From assembly GCF_003018115.1 (NCBI RefSeq), contig NZ_CP027457.1: a stretch of DNA of 64,000 bases; one strand, 5' to 3'. Origin of the DNA: Escherichia coli (GTDB lineage: Bacteria; Pseudomonadota; Gammaproteobacteria; Enterobacterales; Enterobacteriaceae). The translations under genes and the position numbers were made by a program. Of this stretch, positions 1-9,488 are shown one piece after another. Position 1 is the first letter of the stretch. Each line of letters starts with the position of its first letter. Under the pieces are notes generated by a model. The model was not told where the DNA came from, made no database searches, and saw nothing but the letters and a program-made list of their open reading frames with translations.

Positions 1-1
1 C

Positions 2-502
2 GTAGCCGGTAAAATGAGCAGCGGTGGAGCCGCCAATGGCAGTTACCACAGCAACGGGCTGGGCGGTCACATTGAAACCGGGATGCGATTTACCGATGGT
101 AACTGGAACCTGACGCCGTATGCATCGTTAACGGGGTTCACCGCTGATAACCCTGAATATCATTTATCCAATGGCATGGAATCGAAATCAGTCGATACCC
201 GCAGTATATATCGTGAACTGGGTGCAACGCTGAGTTACAACATGCGTCTGGGGAACGGTATGGAAGTTGAGCCGTGGCTGAAGGCGGCTGTGCGCAAAGA
301 ATTTGTCGATGATAACCGGGTGAAGGTGAATAATGACGGTAATTTCGTCAATGATTTGTCGGGCAGACGTGGAATATACCAGGCAGGTATTAAAGCCTCA
401 TTCAGCAGTACGTTAAGCGGGCATCTCGGGGTGGGGTATAGCAACGGTGCCGATGTGGAATCCCCGTGGAACGCGGTGGCTGGTGTGAACTGGTCGTTCT
501 GA
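2..502 (+). CDS. autotransporter beta-barrel translocator domain, C-terminal fragment (gene starts upstream of window)
   Basis: Open frame from window edge to stop at 500-502; beta-strand-like alternating pattern and terminal ...GVNWSF aromatic end typical of autotransporter C-termini; flanks the ssrA island as ypjA does in K-12-type genomes. Confidence 0.6.
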   Translation, partial: VAGKMSSGGAANGSYHSNGLGGHIETGMRFTDGNWNLTPYASLTGFTADNPEYHLSNGMESKSVDTRSIYRELGATLSYNMRLGNGMEVEPWLKAAVRKEFVDDNRVKVNNDGNFVNDLSGRRGIYQAGIKASFSSTLSGHLGVGYSNGADVESPWNAVAGVNWSF

Positions 503-513
503 CCATCAACGAA

Positions 514-535
514 AAAGCCCACATCTGTGGGCTTT
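514..535 (+). terminator. Rho-independent terminator hairpin
   Basis: Perfect inverted repeat AAAGCCCACA-tc-TGTGGGCTTT immediately after the stop codon. Confidence 0.6.
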
Positions 536-662
536 CATGTCGCCAGGAGCCGCGGCTCCTTTGCGTATCCTTTTTTGTCTCCTCACCGTCTGGTCGGTGT
601 CCTGCTGAGACTGCTAACTTCCTGTTTTTGTTGGTGTTGTCCTTACACCGTCCAATCATGAT

Positions 663-707
663 TGGTGGAGCTGGCGGGAGTTGAACCCGCGTCCGAAATT
701 CCTACAT
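663..707. repeat. attL: 45-bp duplicate of the ssrA 3' end (prophage core attachment repeat)
   Basis: TGGTGGAGCTGGCGGGAGTTGAACCCGCGTCCGAAATTCCTACAT identical to 34905..34949; identity ends at 708. Confidence 0.85.
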
Positions 708-792
708 ACCATTTTCACTATAATAAAAACATTAACTTGCGTTTAAAATCAGTAAGTTAGTATTATCTTGTGTTTGCTCGTTTTACTCATTT

Positions 793-1839
793 TTAATGCT
801 CTGTCGCCAATCTGTCGCCATTGTAGGTCAACGAAGGTTGAGCCTTCCCTTTGTTTGTTATAATTTCATCAAAGATAGCTGGATTATTATCTTTCAGTAA
901 TCTTGCTAGTATAATGATTTGCCCAGACGAGCCATCATCCTTGAATGAAAGGAAATTATCGGTAATATCAAGAATATCAATGGTAAATTTGAAGTAAGTT
1001 TCAATTGTATCGCCAAGCTCAATGCTGGACATGAAGTTAGTAACCATTTCATATCCATCAAAGTATAAAGTTGCATGTTCATTTAACTCCATTGGAGTTA
1101 GGCAAAGCATTCGATTAAGTTCGGATAAGTGTTTTTCTATTGAATGAAGAGATTGCATTTGACGGATTAAAACTTCGTCAAACTGAGAGCCATGATTAGA
1201 TGAATGTATCTTCTCTAGGTTTTTTAGTATATCAACCCAGTGATTATTCACTTCACGTATGTATTCTTTATCTGTATTTTTAGGCCGTCCCTTCTCTGGT
1301 GAGCTATTTATGAAAATATATCTATATAGATGTATTGGGTAGTTAATTTTATAACTTATCTCTTTAGTACCATAATGACGTTCGCGTTTAATGGTTTTGT
1401 TAGGTAAATTGGTGAAATAATCAGTAACGAACTTTAGATGGCTATAGTAGCTATCAGATAGATTCTTTTGCTTGGTTTCCTCAATTTGTCGGTTTGTTTG
1501 AACTGTGCGGTGTATGTTTGCTACGACAGCAACAAATGGTATGGACAAAGAAAGTAAGGCGATAGGAAGCTTGCTAATTGCAATGAAATTATTAAAGCCC
1601 TCACTATCAAATTGAGGGGAATGTCCAAGCCAGGAAAATATACCAAAGTATATCGCTGAAAATACAGGAATCCTAAGTGATTGTTTAAATAAGTATTGAC
1701 TTGTTAATGGCCTTTCATCCATGTTAAAGCCTTTTTTTGATACGCATAGATATAATTCAAGGCATATATATAAAAAATATATTATGATAAGTAAGTACGA
1801 TATCCATGGGTATTGTTGGATATAGTTATTAACAAACAC
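793..1839 (-). CDS. hypothetical membrane protein (about 3 N-terminal TM helices plus ~230-aa soluble domain); AT-rich cargo between int and attL
   Basis: 348-codon ORF with GTG start at 1837-1839 preceded by GGAG; hydrophobic segments WISYLLIIIYFLYICLELYL, IPVFSAIYFGIFSWLG, LPIALLSLSIPFVAVVANI; AT-rich relative to phage backbone; no recognisable catalytic motif. Confidence 0.55.
   Translation of the reverse strand: MFVNNYIQQYPWISYLLIIIYFLYICLELYLCVSKKGFNMDERPLTSQYLFKQSLRIPVFSAIYFGIFSWLGHSPQFDSEGFNNFIAISKLPIALLSLSIPFVAVVANIHRTVQTNRQIEETKQKNLSDSYYSHLKFVTDYFTNLPNKTIKRERHYGTKEISYKINYPIHLYRYIFINSSPEKGRPKNTDKEYIREVNNHWVDILKNLEKIHSSNHGSQFDEVLIRQMQSLHSIEKHLSELNRMLCLTPMELNEHATLYFDGYEMVTNFMSSIELGDTIETYFKFTIDILDITDNFLSFKDDGSSGQIIILARLLKDNNPAIFDEIITNKGKAQPSLTYNGDRLATEH
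801..821. repeat. tandem direct repeats CTGTCGCCA(A/T), candidate integrase arm-type (P') sites
   Basis: CTGTCGCCAAT CTGTCGCCAT about 95-115 bp from the core; same 10-mer occurs as an inverted pair at 34808..34846 near attR. Confidence 0.4.
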
Positions 1840-2868
1840 TTTCTAATTTTCTCCATCCAAGGTTAGCAAGAGGATTTTTGGTTACAGCATCTTCCAGATG
1901 GTCGGGAGCGAAGTGGGCGTAAATCATTGTCATTTTTATATCGACATGGCCCAGAATATCGCGCAGCACCAGTATGTTTCCGCCATTCATCATAAAGTGA
2001 CTTGCAAATGTATGTCGTAATACGTGTGTGCATTGCCCTTCTGGTAGCTCGATGCCAGCTCGTTTTACCGCACGTTCAAAAGCTTTCCTACAAGGTGTAA
2101 ATAATTTTCCCCTATTCTTAGGCAGTTCTTCATATAAATCCTTTGAAATAGGCACTGTTCGGTTTTTCTTTCCTTTAGTCTTGGTATAAGTGATACGGTA
2201 TTTTGACACCTGATGACTCTGCAGGTTTTCGGCTTCGCTCCAGCGTGCGCCGGTGGCCAAGCATATTTTTGCAATCATCAGCAGACTGGGGCTTTGAGAA
2301 TCAGCACAGGCATCCAGCAGACGTTTAATTTCTTCCGGGGTCAGGAACGCCAATTCACCCTCAGCAATTTTAAATGTTGGCAGCCCAGCAAGCGGGTTGG
2401 GGGCTGCCAGTGGCCCAGCTTTTTCAGTGTACCAAAAACAGATGATAGGTTGCGCTGTTCAAGATTTACCGTGCGGGGCTTAACGGGCGACATAAGCGTG
2501 CCATCTTCATTTCGTACTTCACCTTTTAACCGTGCTTCGCGGTATTTCGTAAACTCACCAGCTGTCAGTTCTGAGGCGATGGGATCGCCTAGACCATTAC
2601 AGATAATTCTAAGTTTCGCCATGAGGCGCTTGGGGTCTGCGAGTGTTTGACCATACAGGGAATACCACAGCTCAATTAATTCTGATAGATGTCGCCGATC
2701 TTCCTTTTCCCCTAGCCATGGTTTTTTGTTCACTTCTTCCATTGTGAAGCTTTCAAACGCAATGGCTTCGCCTTTGGTAGCAAATTGCTTACGCACGCGC
2801 TTACCATTGCGTCCATTGGGATAGCACTCACACAACCATTTTCCGTTCGGCTGTTTTCTGATGGTCAT
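1829..2868 (-). pseudogene. int: P2-family tyrosine integrase, interrupted by an apparent 1-nt frameshift in a G5 run (2399..2403)
   Basis: Two overlapping ORFs (2341..2868 N-terminal part, 1829..2353 catalytic part with ...HVLRHTFASHF...MIYAHF motifs); adding one G/C to the homopolymer gives a continuous ...HWQPPNPLAGLPTFKIAEGELAFLTPEEI... reading. Confidence 0.7.
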
Positions 2869-2871
2869 AAG

Positions 2872-3510
2872 TTAGAGGTTCTTGATTACTTTGACTGCAC
2901 GTCCTAGGACTTCCACATCATCTACAGAACATTCAAATGAAGTGTCATCTTGGTTAACTACTATTTTGTTTCCGGGTATGCGCGCAATTTTGACGATGCT
3001 TTTAACTCCGTCCATATCGACTAACCAGAAGCCATTACTGACTTGTTTAACAGACGTATCCACTACAAAGCTATCATTAGCTGTTTTAACAAATAAAGCG
3101 TTGGATGAGTCACCATCGAGCAGGCTGCTATCAAGAAGAATTTCATCACTTGGCTGCAGTTCGCCGTTCTTCAGTTCAACACGTTTGATGCTAGGAGCGA
3201 CGATCTTAGAAAGTGGTCTTACAGTGACAGGAGGTTCATTTTTGAGATTTGTTTCTTCGTTCTCACACGCATACATATCTCCTTGACCAGTAGCCAGCCA
3301 TAGAAGGGAAACTCCTGTTTCAAGGGCACATTGGATTACCCATTCGGCAGGAAAGCTATCCCTTAAGTATCTGTTAGCCATAGTGCTTTTTGATACTTCC
3401 AGATGTTCGCAGAGCTGCTGTCGTGAGCTGAAGTTGTAAGCCTTAATAAGCCTATTAATCGCATCGCGCCCACCACTATCATTCCCCGCCTTGATTAAAC
3501 TCATAATCAA
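2872..3510 (-). CDS. cI: phage 186 CI-type immunity repressor (N-terminal HTH, C-terminal oligomerisation domain)
   Basis: 212-aa ORF divergent from apl/cII; position next to int; HTH-like SRQQLCEHLEVSKSTMANRYL. Confidence 0.75.
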   Translation of the reverse strand: MIMSLIKAGNDSGGRDAINRLIKAYNFSSRQQLCEHLEVSKSTMANRYLRDSFPAEWVIQCALETGVSLLWLATGQGDMYACENEETNLKNEPPVTVRPLSKIVAPSIKRVELKNGELQPSDEILLDSSLLDGDSSNALFVKTANDSFVVDTSVKQVSNGFWLVDMDGVKSIVKIARIPGNKIVVNQDDTSFECSVDDVEVLGRAVKVIKNL

Positions 3511-3620
3511 ACCTCTTGATGTATATAAAAAGTGATCCTAATATCCATCCATGGTTTGAAAAGCAAAACCAAACCACATAAAACAAGATAAAACGAAACC
3601 AAACTAAGAGATACTGCACT
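3511..3620. promoter_or_regulatory. lysis-lysogeny switch region with face-to-face promoters/operators between cI and apl; candidate rightward promoter TTGAAA(3556-3561)-17 bp-TAAAAC(3579-3584)
   Basis: AT-rich 110-bp divergent intergenic region between repressor and excisionase/Cox-like gene. Confidence 0.35.
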
Positions 3621-3863
3621 ATGAGTACTGATATTTCAATTCGTGTACCAAAAGAGATGGCTACGCCTGCAGAGTTCGCGGAATGGGAAGGTATCTCCCG
3701 CGGCTCCGTGTATCAAAAAATTCACCATGGTCAGCTTGCTAAATACATGGTCAAGAAAGAAAAAAACAAAGGCCGCGTAAGCCTGCGTTATTTAATGTAC
3801 AAAACCGATCAGGTCCGTGAATCCCTCGGTCATTCCAACTTCCGCGTCATTGTTGGTAAGTAA
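3621..3863 (+). CDS. apl: Apl/Cox-like excisionase and transcriptional regulator
   Basis: 80-aa ORF first in the early rightward operon, opposite cI; HTH-like EFAEWEGISRGSVYQKIHHGQL. Confidence 0.7.
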   Translation: MSTDISIRVPKEMATPAEFAEWEGISRGSVYQKIHHGQLAKYMVKKEKNKGRVSLRYLMYKTDQVRESLGHSNFRVIVGK

Positions 3864-3895
3864 GTTCAATTATGAGAACTTTCTAAGGGGGTAGC

Positions 3896-4405
3896 ATGTT
3901 TGATTATAAGATTTCCAAACACCCGCATTTTGATGAAGCCTGTAGAGCTTTTGCACTTCGTCACAATATGGCGAAGCTGGCAGAACGTGCAGGAATGAAT
4001 GTCCAGACTTTGCGAAACAAACTCAACCCAGATCAACCGCATCAGCTAAATGCGCCAGAAATCTGGCTGCTTACCGATCTGACTGAAGATTCAACGCTGA
4101 TAGATGGTTTTCTGGCACAGATTCACTGCCTGCCATGTGTACCGATTAATGAGGTAGCAAAAGAGAAACTGCCGCATTACGTCATGAGTGCAACTGCAGA
4201 GATCGGGCGTGTTGCTGCTGGTGCGGTATCTGGCGATGTAAAAACCAGTGCAGGTCGTCGTGATGCTATCAGCAGCATTAACTCTGTAACACGACTGATG
4301 GCGCTGGCTGCTGTTTCATTGCAGGCCCGTTTACAGGCTAACCCGGCGATGGCGAGTGCAGTTGATACCATGACTGGCCTTGGTGCTTCATTCGGTTTGC
4401 TGTGA
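3896..4405 (+). CDS. cII: CII-like lysogeny establishment activator (186 CII-type)
   Basis: 169-aa ORF directly after apl with RBS; HTH near N-terminus (MNVQTLRNKLN); 186-like order. Confidence 0.65.
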   Translation: MFDYKISKHPHFDEACRAFALRHNMAKLAERAGMNVQTLRNKLNPDQPHQLNAPEIWLLTDLTEDSTLIDGFLAQIHCLPCVPINEVAKEKLPHYVMSATAEIGRVAAGAVSGDVKTSAGRRDAISSINSVTRLMALAAVSLQARLQANPAMASAVDTMTGLGASFGLL

Positions 4406-4412
4406 GGTGCTT

Positions 4413-4613
4413 ATGCTTACGAAAGAACCATCATTTGCATCACTGCTGGTTAAACAAAGCCCGGCAATGCACTACGGTCACGGCTGGATCATGGGTGAGG
4501 ATGGTAAACGCTGGCATCCGTGCCGTTCACAAGATGAATTGCTGGCAGAACTATCTACGAAAAAACGGGGGAACAAATGGCTATTGAAGGCGCTGCGGCG
4601 ACTGTTCCATTAA
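4413..4613 (+). CDS. hypothetical early protein (186 fil position)
   Basis: ATG at 4413 preceded by GAGGTG; 66 codons; early operon. Confidence 0.45.
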   Translation: MLTKEPSFASLLVKQSPAMHYGHGWIMGEDGKRWHPCRSQDELLAELSTKKRGNKWLLKALRRLFH

Positions 4614-4918
4614 GCCCCGGTGAACGCCTGAATGGACTTAATCATATTGCGGAGTTAAGGGCGAAAGTTTTTGGTCTTAATATTGAGTCAGAGCTTGAGC
4701 GGTTTATTAAAGATATGCGTGATCCACGGGATATTAATAGCGAACAAAATAAACGGGCACTGGCTGCCATATTCTTTATGGCAAAAATTCCAGCTGAACG
4801 TCATAGCATCAGCATTAATGAGCTGACCACTGACGAAAAGCGGGAGTTGATTAAAGCAATGAATCATTTTCGTGCAGTGGTGAGCTTATTTCCCAGACGG
4901 TTAACCATGCCGAATTAA
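4577..4918 (+). CDS. hypothetical early protein (186 dhr position)
   Basis: 113-aa ORF with RBS, in early operon. Confidence 0.5.
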   Translation: MAIEGAAATVPLSPGERLNGLNHIAELRAKVFGLNIESELERFIKDMRDPRDINSEQNKRALAAIFFMAKIPAERHSISINELTTDEKRELIKAMNHFRAVVSLFPRRLTMPN

Positions 4919-4985
4919 TCAACTAATGAAATTAATGGCGTAAACCCGCCGGGCATCCCTTTATCTAAATTCAGGAGAATTGATT

Positions 4986-5219
4986 ATGCGTAATATTGAA
5001 ACCCTCACGACTAAAACCGGACCGGATGATGCAGGTCTTAATCTTTTACTGACAGAGGCCCGTCTTGAAGAATGCCGGGCAAGGGCTGAAGCAATGGCAG
5101 CTCGCCTTGATAGTCTGGCGTGTCATATTACATCCCGCCAGCTAAACCACGTCGAAGCGGCAGAACTGCTGCGTGTGACTGCTGAAGCAATCCAGAACGA
5201 AGCGCAGGAGATCCACTAA
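4986..5219 (+). CDS. hypothetical early protein
   Basis: ATG at 4986 preceded by CAGGAG; stop overlaps next start (TAATG). Confidence 0.5.
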   Translation: MRNIETLTTKTGPDDAGLNLLLTEARLEECRARAEAMAARLDSLACHITSRQLNHVEAAELLRVTAEAIQNEAQEIH

Positions 5220-5446
5220 TGGCTGATGCAATGGATCTCGTACAGCAGCGCGTTGAAGAAGAACGCCAGCGCCATATCCGTGCTGCCCGTGCCAGAACGC
5301 CGGGCGTGTCACGCGTGCTTTGCATTGAATGTGAAGCGCCAATTCCGCCAGCAAGACGCCGCGCCATTCCGGGAGTGCAGCTTTGCATTACCTGCCAGGA
5401 AATAGCAGAGCTGAAAGGCAAACATTACAACGGAGGTGCTGTATGA
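5219..5446 (+). CDS. TraR/DksA-family C4 zinc-finger protein
   Basis: CxxC...CxxC pattern (CIECEAPIPPARRRAIPGVQLCITCQ); 75 aa; translationally coupled to neighbours. Confidence 0.7.
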   Translation: MADAMDLVQQRVEEERQRHIRAARARTPGVSRVLCIECEAPIPPARRRAIPGVQLCITCQEIAELKGKHYNGGAV

Positions 5447-6300
5447 GCACCATCCTGAAATGGGCGGGTAATAAAACCGCCGTTATGTCCGAACTGAAAA
5501 AATACCTTCCTGCTGGCCCGCGACTGGTTGAACCTTTCGCGGGTTCCTGTGCAGTGATGATGGAGACGGATTACCCAAGCTATCTGGTAGCGGATATTAA
5601 TCCTGATTTAATCAACCTCTATAAAAAGGTTGCTGCTGATTGTGAGGTGTTTATATCTCGCGCCAGAATTTTGTTTGAGGAAGCAAACAGTGAGCTGGCT
5701 TATTACAACATAAGGCAGGAGTTTAATTACTCAACTGAAATTACTGATTTCATGAAATCGGTATATTTCCTGTATCTCAATCGTCATGGTTACCGTGGGT
5801 TATGTCGCTATAACAAGAGCGGGCATTTCAACATTCCCTACGGTAATTATAAAAAACCGTATTTCCCTGAAAAAGAAATTCGCGCATTTGCAGAGAAAGC
5901 CCAGCGGGCAACGTTTATCTGCGCCAGCTTTGATGAAACGCTGGCGATGTTGAAGGCGGGGGATGTGGTGTATTGCGATCCGCCGTATGACGGTACGTTT
6001 TCCGGCTATCACACTGATGGCTTCACTGAGGATGACCAGTATCACCTGGCATCCGTTCTTGAACATCGATCATCTGAAGGTCATCCGGTCATTGTTTCTA
6101 ACAGTGACACATCCCTGATTCGTTCGCTGTATCGCAATTTCACTCACCACTACATCAAGGCAAAACGCAGCATCGGCGTGTCGGCTGGCGAGAGTAAATC
6201 TGCAACAGAAATCATTGCTGTTTCCGGGGCGCGCTGCTGGGTGGGATTTGATCCTTCGCGTGGCGTGGATAGTTCTGCTGTGTACGAGGTGCGTGTATGA
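5443..6300 (+). CDS. dam: DNA adenine methyltransferase (Dam-like, probable GATC N6-adenine MTase), orphan
   Basis: Motif [10 protein letters not shown] and motif IV DPPY; strong similarity pattern to E. coli Dam ([24 protein letters not shown]); ATG 5443 with GGAGGTG RBS. Confidence 0.85.
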   Translation: MSTILKWAGNKTAVMSELKKYLPAGPRLVEPFAGSCAVMMETDYPSYLVADINPDLINLYKKVAADCEVFISRARILFEEANSELAYYNIRQEFNYSTEITDFMKSVYFLYLNRHGYRGLCRYNKSGHFNIPYGNYKKPYFPEKEIRAFAEKAQRATFICASFDETLAMLKAGDVVYCDPPYDGTFSGYHTDGFTEDDQYHLASVLEHRSSEGHPVIVSNSDTSLIRSLYRNFTHHYIKAKRSIGVSAGESKSATEIIAVSGARCWVGFDPSRGVDSSAVYEVRV

Positions 6301-8711
6301 GTCATGACGATATGAGCAACTCTAGCGGCTTTAACGAGGCCGCAGCAGCATTTTCATGGAACGGCCCGAAAAAGGCCATTAACCCTTATCTGGACCCGGC
6401 GGAAGTTGCGCCGGAGTCTGCACTTTCAAACATGATCACTCTGTACGCTGCCGATAACGAGCAGGAACAGCTGCGCCGCGATGCACTGAGTGAGCAGGTC
6501 TGGGAGCGTTATTTCTTTAATGAATCCCGTGATCCTGTCCAGCGCGAAATGGAGCAGGATAAGCTCATTAGCCGCGCAAAGCTTGCGCATGAGCAGCAGC
6601 GTTTTAACCCGGACATGGTCATTCTGGCAGATGTCAGCGCCCAGCCTACCCACATCAGCAAGCCGCTGATGCAACGTATCGAATACTTCAGTAGCCTGGG
6701 CAGGCCAAAGGCTTATTCCTGCTATTTGCGTGAGACGATTAAGCCATGTCTGGAGCGACTGGATTGTGTACGCGACAGTCAGCTATCCGCTTCTTTCCGT
6801 TTTATGGCAAGCCATCAAGGGCTTGAGGGCCTGCTGATCCTGCCTGAAATGAGTCAGGATCAGGTAAAACGCCTGTCCACCCTGGTAGCAGCGCATATGA
6901 GCATGTGTCTTGAGGTCGCTTGTGGTGATTTGTATGCCACCGATGACGTTAAGCCAGAAGAAATCCGCAAGGCATGGGAAAAGGTGGCAGCGGAAACCCT
7001 GCGTCTGGATGTTATCCCGCCTGCGTTTGAGAAACTTCGTCGGAAAAGAAACCGCCGCAAACCAGTGCCCTATGAACTCATACCGGGTTCGATGGCACGT
7101 ATGCTTTGCGCCGACTGGTGGTATCGAAAATTGTGGAAGATGCGTTGCGAATGGCGGGAAGAGCAGTTGCGTGCTGTCTGTCTGGTCAGCAAAAAAGCAT
7201 CTCCCTATGTCAGCTATGAAGCAGTGACGCATAAACGTGAGCAGCGCCGCAAGTCGCTGGAGTTTTTCCGTTCTCATGAACTGGTGAACGAAGACGGAGA
7301 CACGCTGGATATGGAAGATGTGGTAAACGCCAGCAGCAGCAACCCGGCACATCGCCGAAATGAGATGATGGCCTGCGTTAAAGGTCTGGAGCTTATCGCG
7401 GAAATGCGTGGTGACTGCGCCGTTTTCTACACTATCACCTGTCCGTCACGTTTCCATTCCACGCTAAATAACGGCAGGCCCAACCCGACCTGGACAAATG
7501 CGACTGTAAGACAAAGCAGTGATTATCTGGTCGGCATGTTTGCTGCATTTCGTAAGGCGATGCACAAAGCCGGGTTGCGTTGGTATGGCGTGCGGGTGGC
7601 TGAGCCGCACCATGACGGTACTGTGCACTGGCATCTTATGTGCTTCATGCGTAAAAAAGACCGCCGCGCCATCACTGCATTACTGCGTAAGTTTGCCATC
7701 CGTGAAGACCGCGAGGAGCTGGGCAATAACACTGGGCCGCGCTTTAAGTCTGAGCTGATTAATCCGCGCAAAGGAACGCCGACAAGCTACATCGCGAAAT
7801 ATATCAGTAAGAACATTGACGGGCGTGGTCTGGCTGGCGAGATCAGCAAGGAAACGGGTAAATCTCTGCGTGATAACGCTGAATACGTGAATGCCTGGGC
7901 GTCTCTGCATCGTGTTCAGCAATTCCGCTTCTTTGGTATTCCGGGGCGTCAGACTTACCGTGAACTGCGATTGCTGGCTGGTCAGGCGGCAAGGCTACAG
8001 GGTGACAAAAAAGCAGGTGCGCCGGTACTGGATAACCCACGTCTTGATGCCATCCTGGCTGCTGCTGATGCTGGCTGTTTTGCGACCTACATCATGAAGC
8101 AGGGCGGCGTGCTGGTTCCCCGCAAATATCACCTTATCAGAACAGCTTATGAAATTAACGAAGAGCCGACCGCCTATGGCGATCACGGTATTCGTATTTA
8201 TGGCATCTGGTCACCCATTGCAGAGGGCAAGATCTGCACTCATGCAGTGAAGTGGAAAATGGTTAGTAAGGCCGTTGACGTTCAGGAGGCGGCAGCCGAC
8301 CAGGGCGCTTGCGCCCCTTGGACTCGTGGCAATAACTGTCCCCTTGCTGAAAATTTGAACCAACAAGGGAAAGACAAATCAGCTGATGGGGACTCCAGAA
8401 CGGATATTACCCGTATGAATGACAAGGAGTTGCACGATTACCTGCACAGTATGAGCAAAAAAGAGCGCCGGGAACTGGCTGCAAGGTTACGCCAGGTGAA
8501 ACCGAAACGGCGTAAAGACTACAAACAGCGAATTACAGACCATCAGCGACAGCAGCTCGTCTATGAACTGAAGTCCAGGGGATTTGATGGCAGCGAGAAA
8601 GAAGTCGATTTGCTCCTTCGCGGCGGCAGTATTCCGTCAGGAGCAGGCCTGCGTATCTTCTATCGGAACCAGCGTCTGAAGGAAGATGATAAGTGGCGGA
8701 ACCTGTATTAA
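6297..8711 (+). CDS. A: replication initiation endonuclease (P2 gpA-like rolling-circle initiator)
   Basis: 804-aa ORF at the end of the early operon; contains the gpA-family AKYISKN region and HWHLMCFM motif. Confidence 0.8.
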   Translation: MSHDDMSNSSGFNEAAAAFSWNGPKKAINPYLDPAEVAPESALSNMITLYAADNEQEQLRRDALSEQVWERYFFNESRDPVQREMEQDKLISRAKLAHEQQRFNPDMVILADVSAQPTHISKPLMQRIEYFSSLGRPKAYSCYLRETIKPCLERLDCVRDSQLSASFRFMASHQGLEGLLILPEMSQDQVKRLSTLVAAHMSMCLEVACGDLYATDDVKPEEIRKAWEKVAAETLRLDVIPPAFEKLRRKRNRRKPVPYELIPGSMARMLCADWWYRKLWKMRCEWREEQLRAVCLVSKKASPYVSYEAVTHKREQRRKSLEFFRSHELVNEDGDTLDMEDVVNASSSNPAHRRNEMMACVKGLELIAEMRGDCAVFYTITCPSRFHSTLNNGRPNPTWTNATVRQSSDYLVGMFAAFRKAMHKAGLRWYGVRVAEPHHDGTVHWHLMCFMRKKDRRAITALLRKFAIREDREELGNNTGPRFKSELINPRKGTPTSYIAKYISKNIDGRGLAGEISKETGKSLRDNAEYVNAWASLHRVQQFRFFGIPGRQTYRELRLLAGQAARLQGDKKAGAPVLDNPRLDAILAAADAGCFATYIMKQGGVLVPRKYHLIRTAYEINEEPTAYGDHGIRIYGIWSPIAEGKICTHAVKWKMVSKAVDVQEAAADQGACAPWTRGNNCPLAENLNQQGKDKSADGDSRTDITRMNDKELHDYLHSMSKKERRELAARLRQVKPKRRKDYKQRITDHQRQQLVYELKSRGFDGSEKEVDLLLRGGSIPSGAGLRIFYRNQRLKEDDKWRNLY

Positions 8712-8805
8712 TTACGCGGGTTAACAATTCGTGCTCTTAATAATACCAGGCATATCAGGCCGATGAACGTAAAAAAACGTTTTACATCAGTAAGATTATT
8801 GTATA

Positions 8806-8821
8806 CTGTAAATATAAACAG
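8806..8821 (+). promoter_or_regulatory. LexA box (SOS operator) CTGTAAATATAAACAG
   Basis: Perfect CTG-N10-CAG with AT-rich centre about 45 bp upstream of the 8864 start; weaker second copy GTGGTTATGTATACAG at 8821..8836. Confidence 0.7.
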
Positions 8822-8863
8822 TGGTTATGTATACAGTATTGTTTTGGTGTCATAGGAGGAAAG

Positions 8864-9052
8864 ATGCAGGACTATTTTTTGGAGTCTTTGAAGCTCCAGC
8901 GCATTGATTTTTTTCTTAAGCTTGTAGCGGCTAGTGAGTGTAGTGATGAAGAGAAGGGGCTGGCTCTGCAGTGGGTTTCTGAATTGACTGATGAACTCAT
9001 GGCAAAAATCAGAAGCCACGAATACAACCGCTCAATGGATGTCATCAGCTGA
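8864..9052 (+). CDS. small SOS-inducible protein, possible Tum-like antirepressor
   Basis: 62-aa ORF with AGGAGG RBS directly downstream of the LexA box; 186-like position after gene A. Confidence 0.45.
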   Translation: MQDYFLESLKLQRIDFFLKLVAASECSDEEKGLALQWVSELTDELMAKIRSHEYNRSMDVIS

Positions 9053-9062
9053 GGTGACTTTT

Positions 9063-9296
9063 ATGCGCATTGAAATAATGATCGATAAAGAGCAGAAGAT
9101 TAGCCAGTCTACCCTGGACGCCCTTGAATCCGAGCTTTACCGCAATCTGCGCCCCCTGTATCCCAAAACGGTAATTCGCATTCGCAAAGGTAGCTCTAAC
9201 GGTGTGGAACTAACCGGACTGCAACTGGATGAAGAAAGAAAACAAGTGATGAAAATTATGCAGAAGGTGTGGGAGGACGACAGCTGGCTGCATTAA
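9063..9296 (+). CDS. DinI-family protein
   Basis: 77 aa from ATG 9063 (RBS GAGGTG); MRIEIMIDKEQ...WEDDSWLH resembles DinI (MRIEVTI...W..ADDW). Confidence 0.7.
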   Translation: MRIEIMIDKEQKISQSTLDALESELYRNLRPLYPKTVIRIRKGSSNGVELTGLQLDEERKQVMKIMQKVWEDDSWLH

Positions 9297-9488
9297 GAAA
9301 TGTTGCCCCCAGGAGGATTCATTCTGATGGGGGCTAGTTTGGGCAATGAGTGAAATAAGGCGTAAGGTGGGCGGTTATTTTGATAAGTGATCGTCCGCTT
9401 TGTGTCAGAAGCAGAAGCGGGAGTGTCTGAGACTCTCTAAAAGTTGATGATTCACTTACAAAACCATTTTCCTGATGGATGCTTACAC

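Noticed and set aside
3511-3620. Exact assignment of the leftward cI promoter and operators
   Set aside because: Several weak -10/-35 candidates on the minus strand; none convincing enough by eye to give coordinates without comparison to 186 pL/pR.
9306-9331. Inverted repeat GCCCCCA ... TGGGGGC after the DinI-like gene, and an 8-codon mini-ORF in its loop
   Set aside because: Stem only 7 bp with a 16-nt loop and no T-run; could be a weak terminator but too marginal to annotate; the mini-ORF is too short to support.
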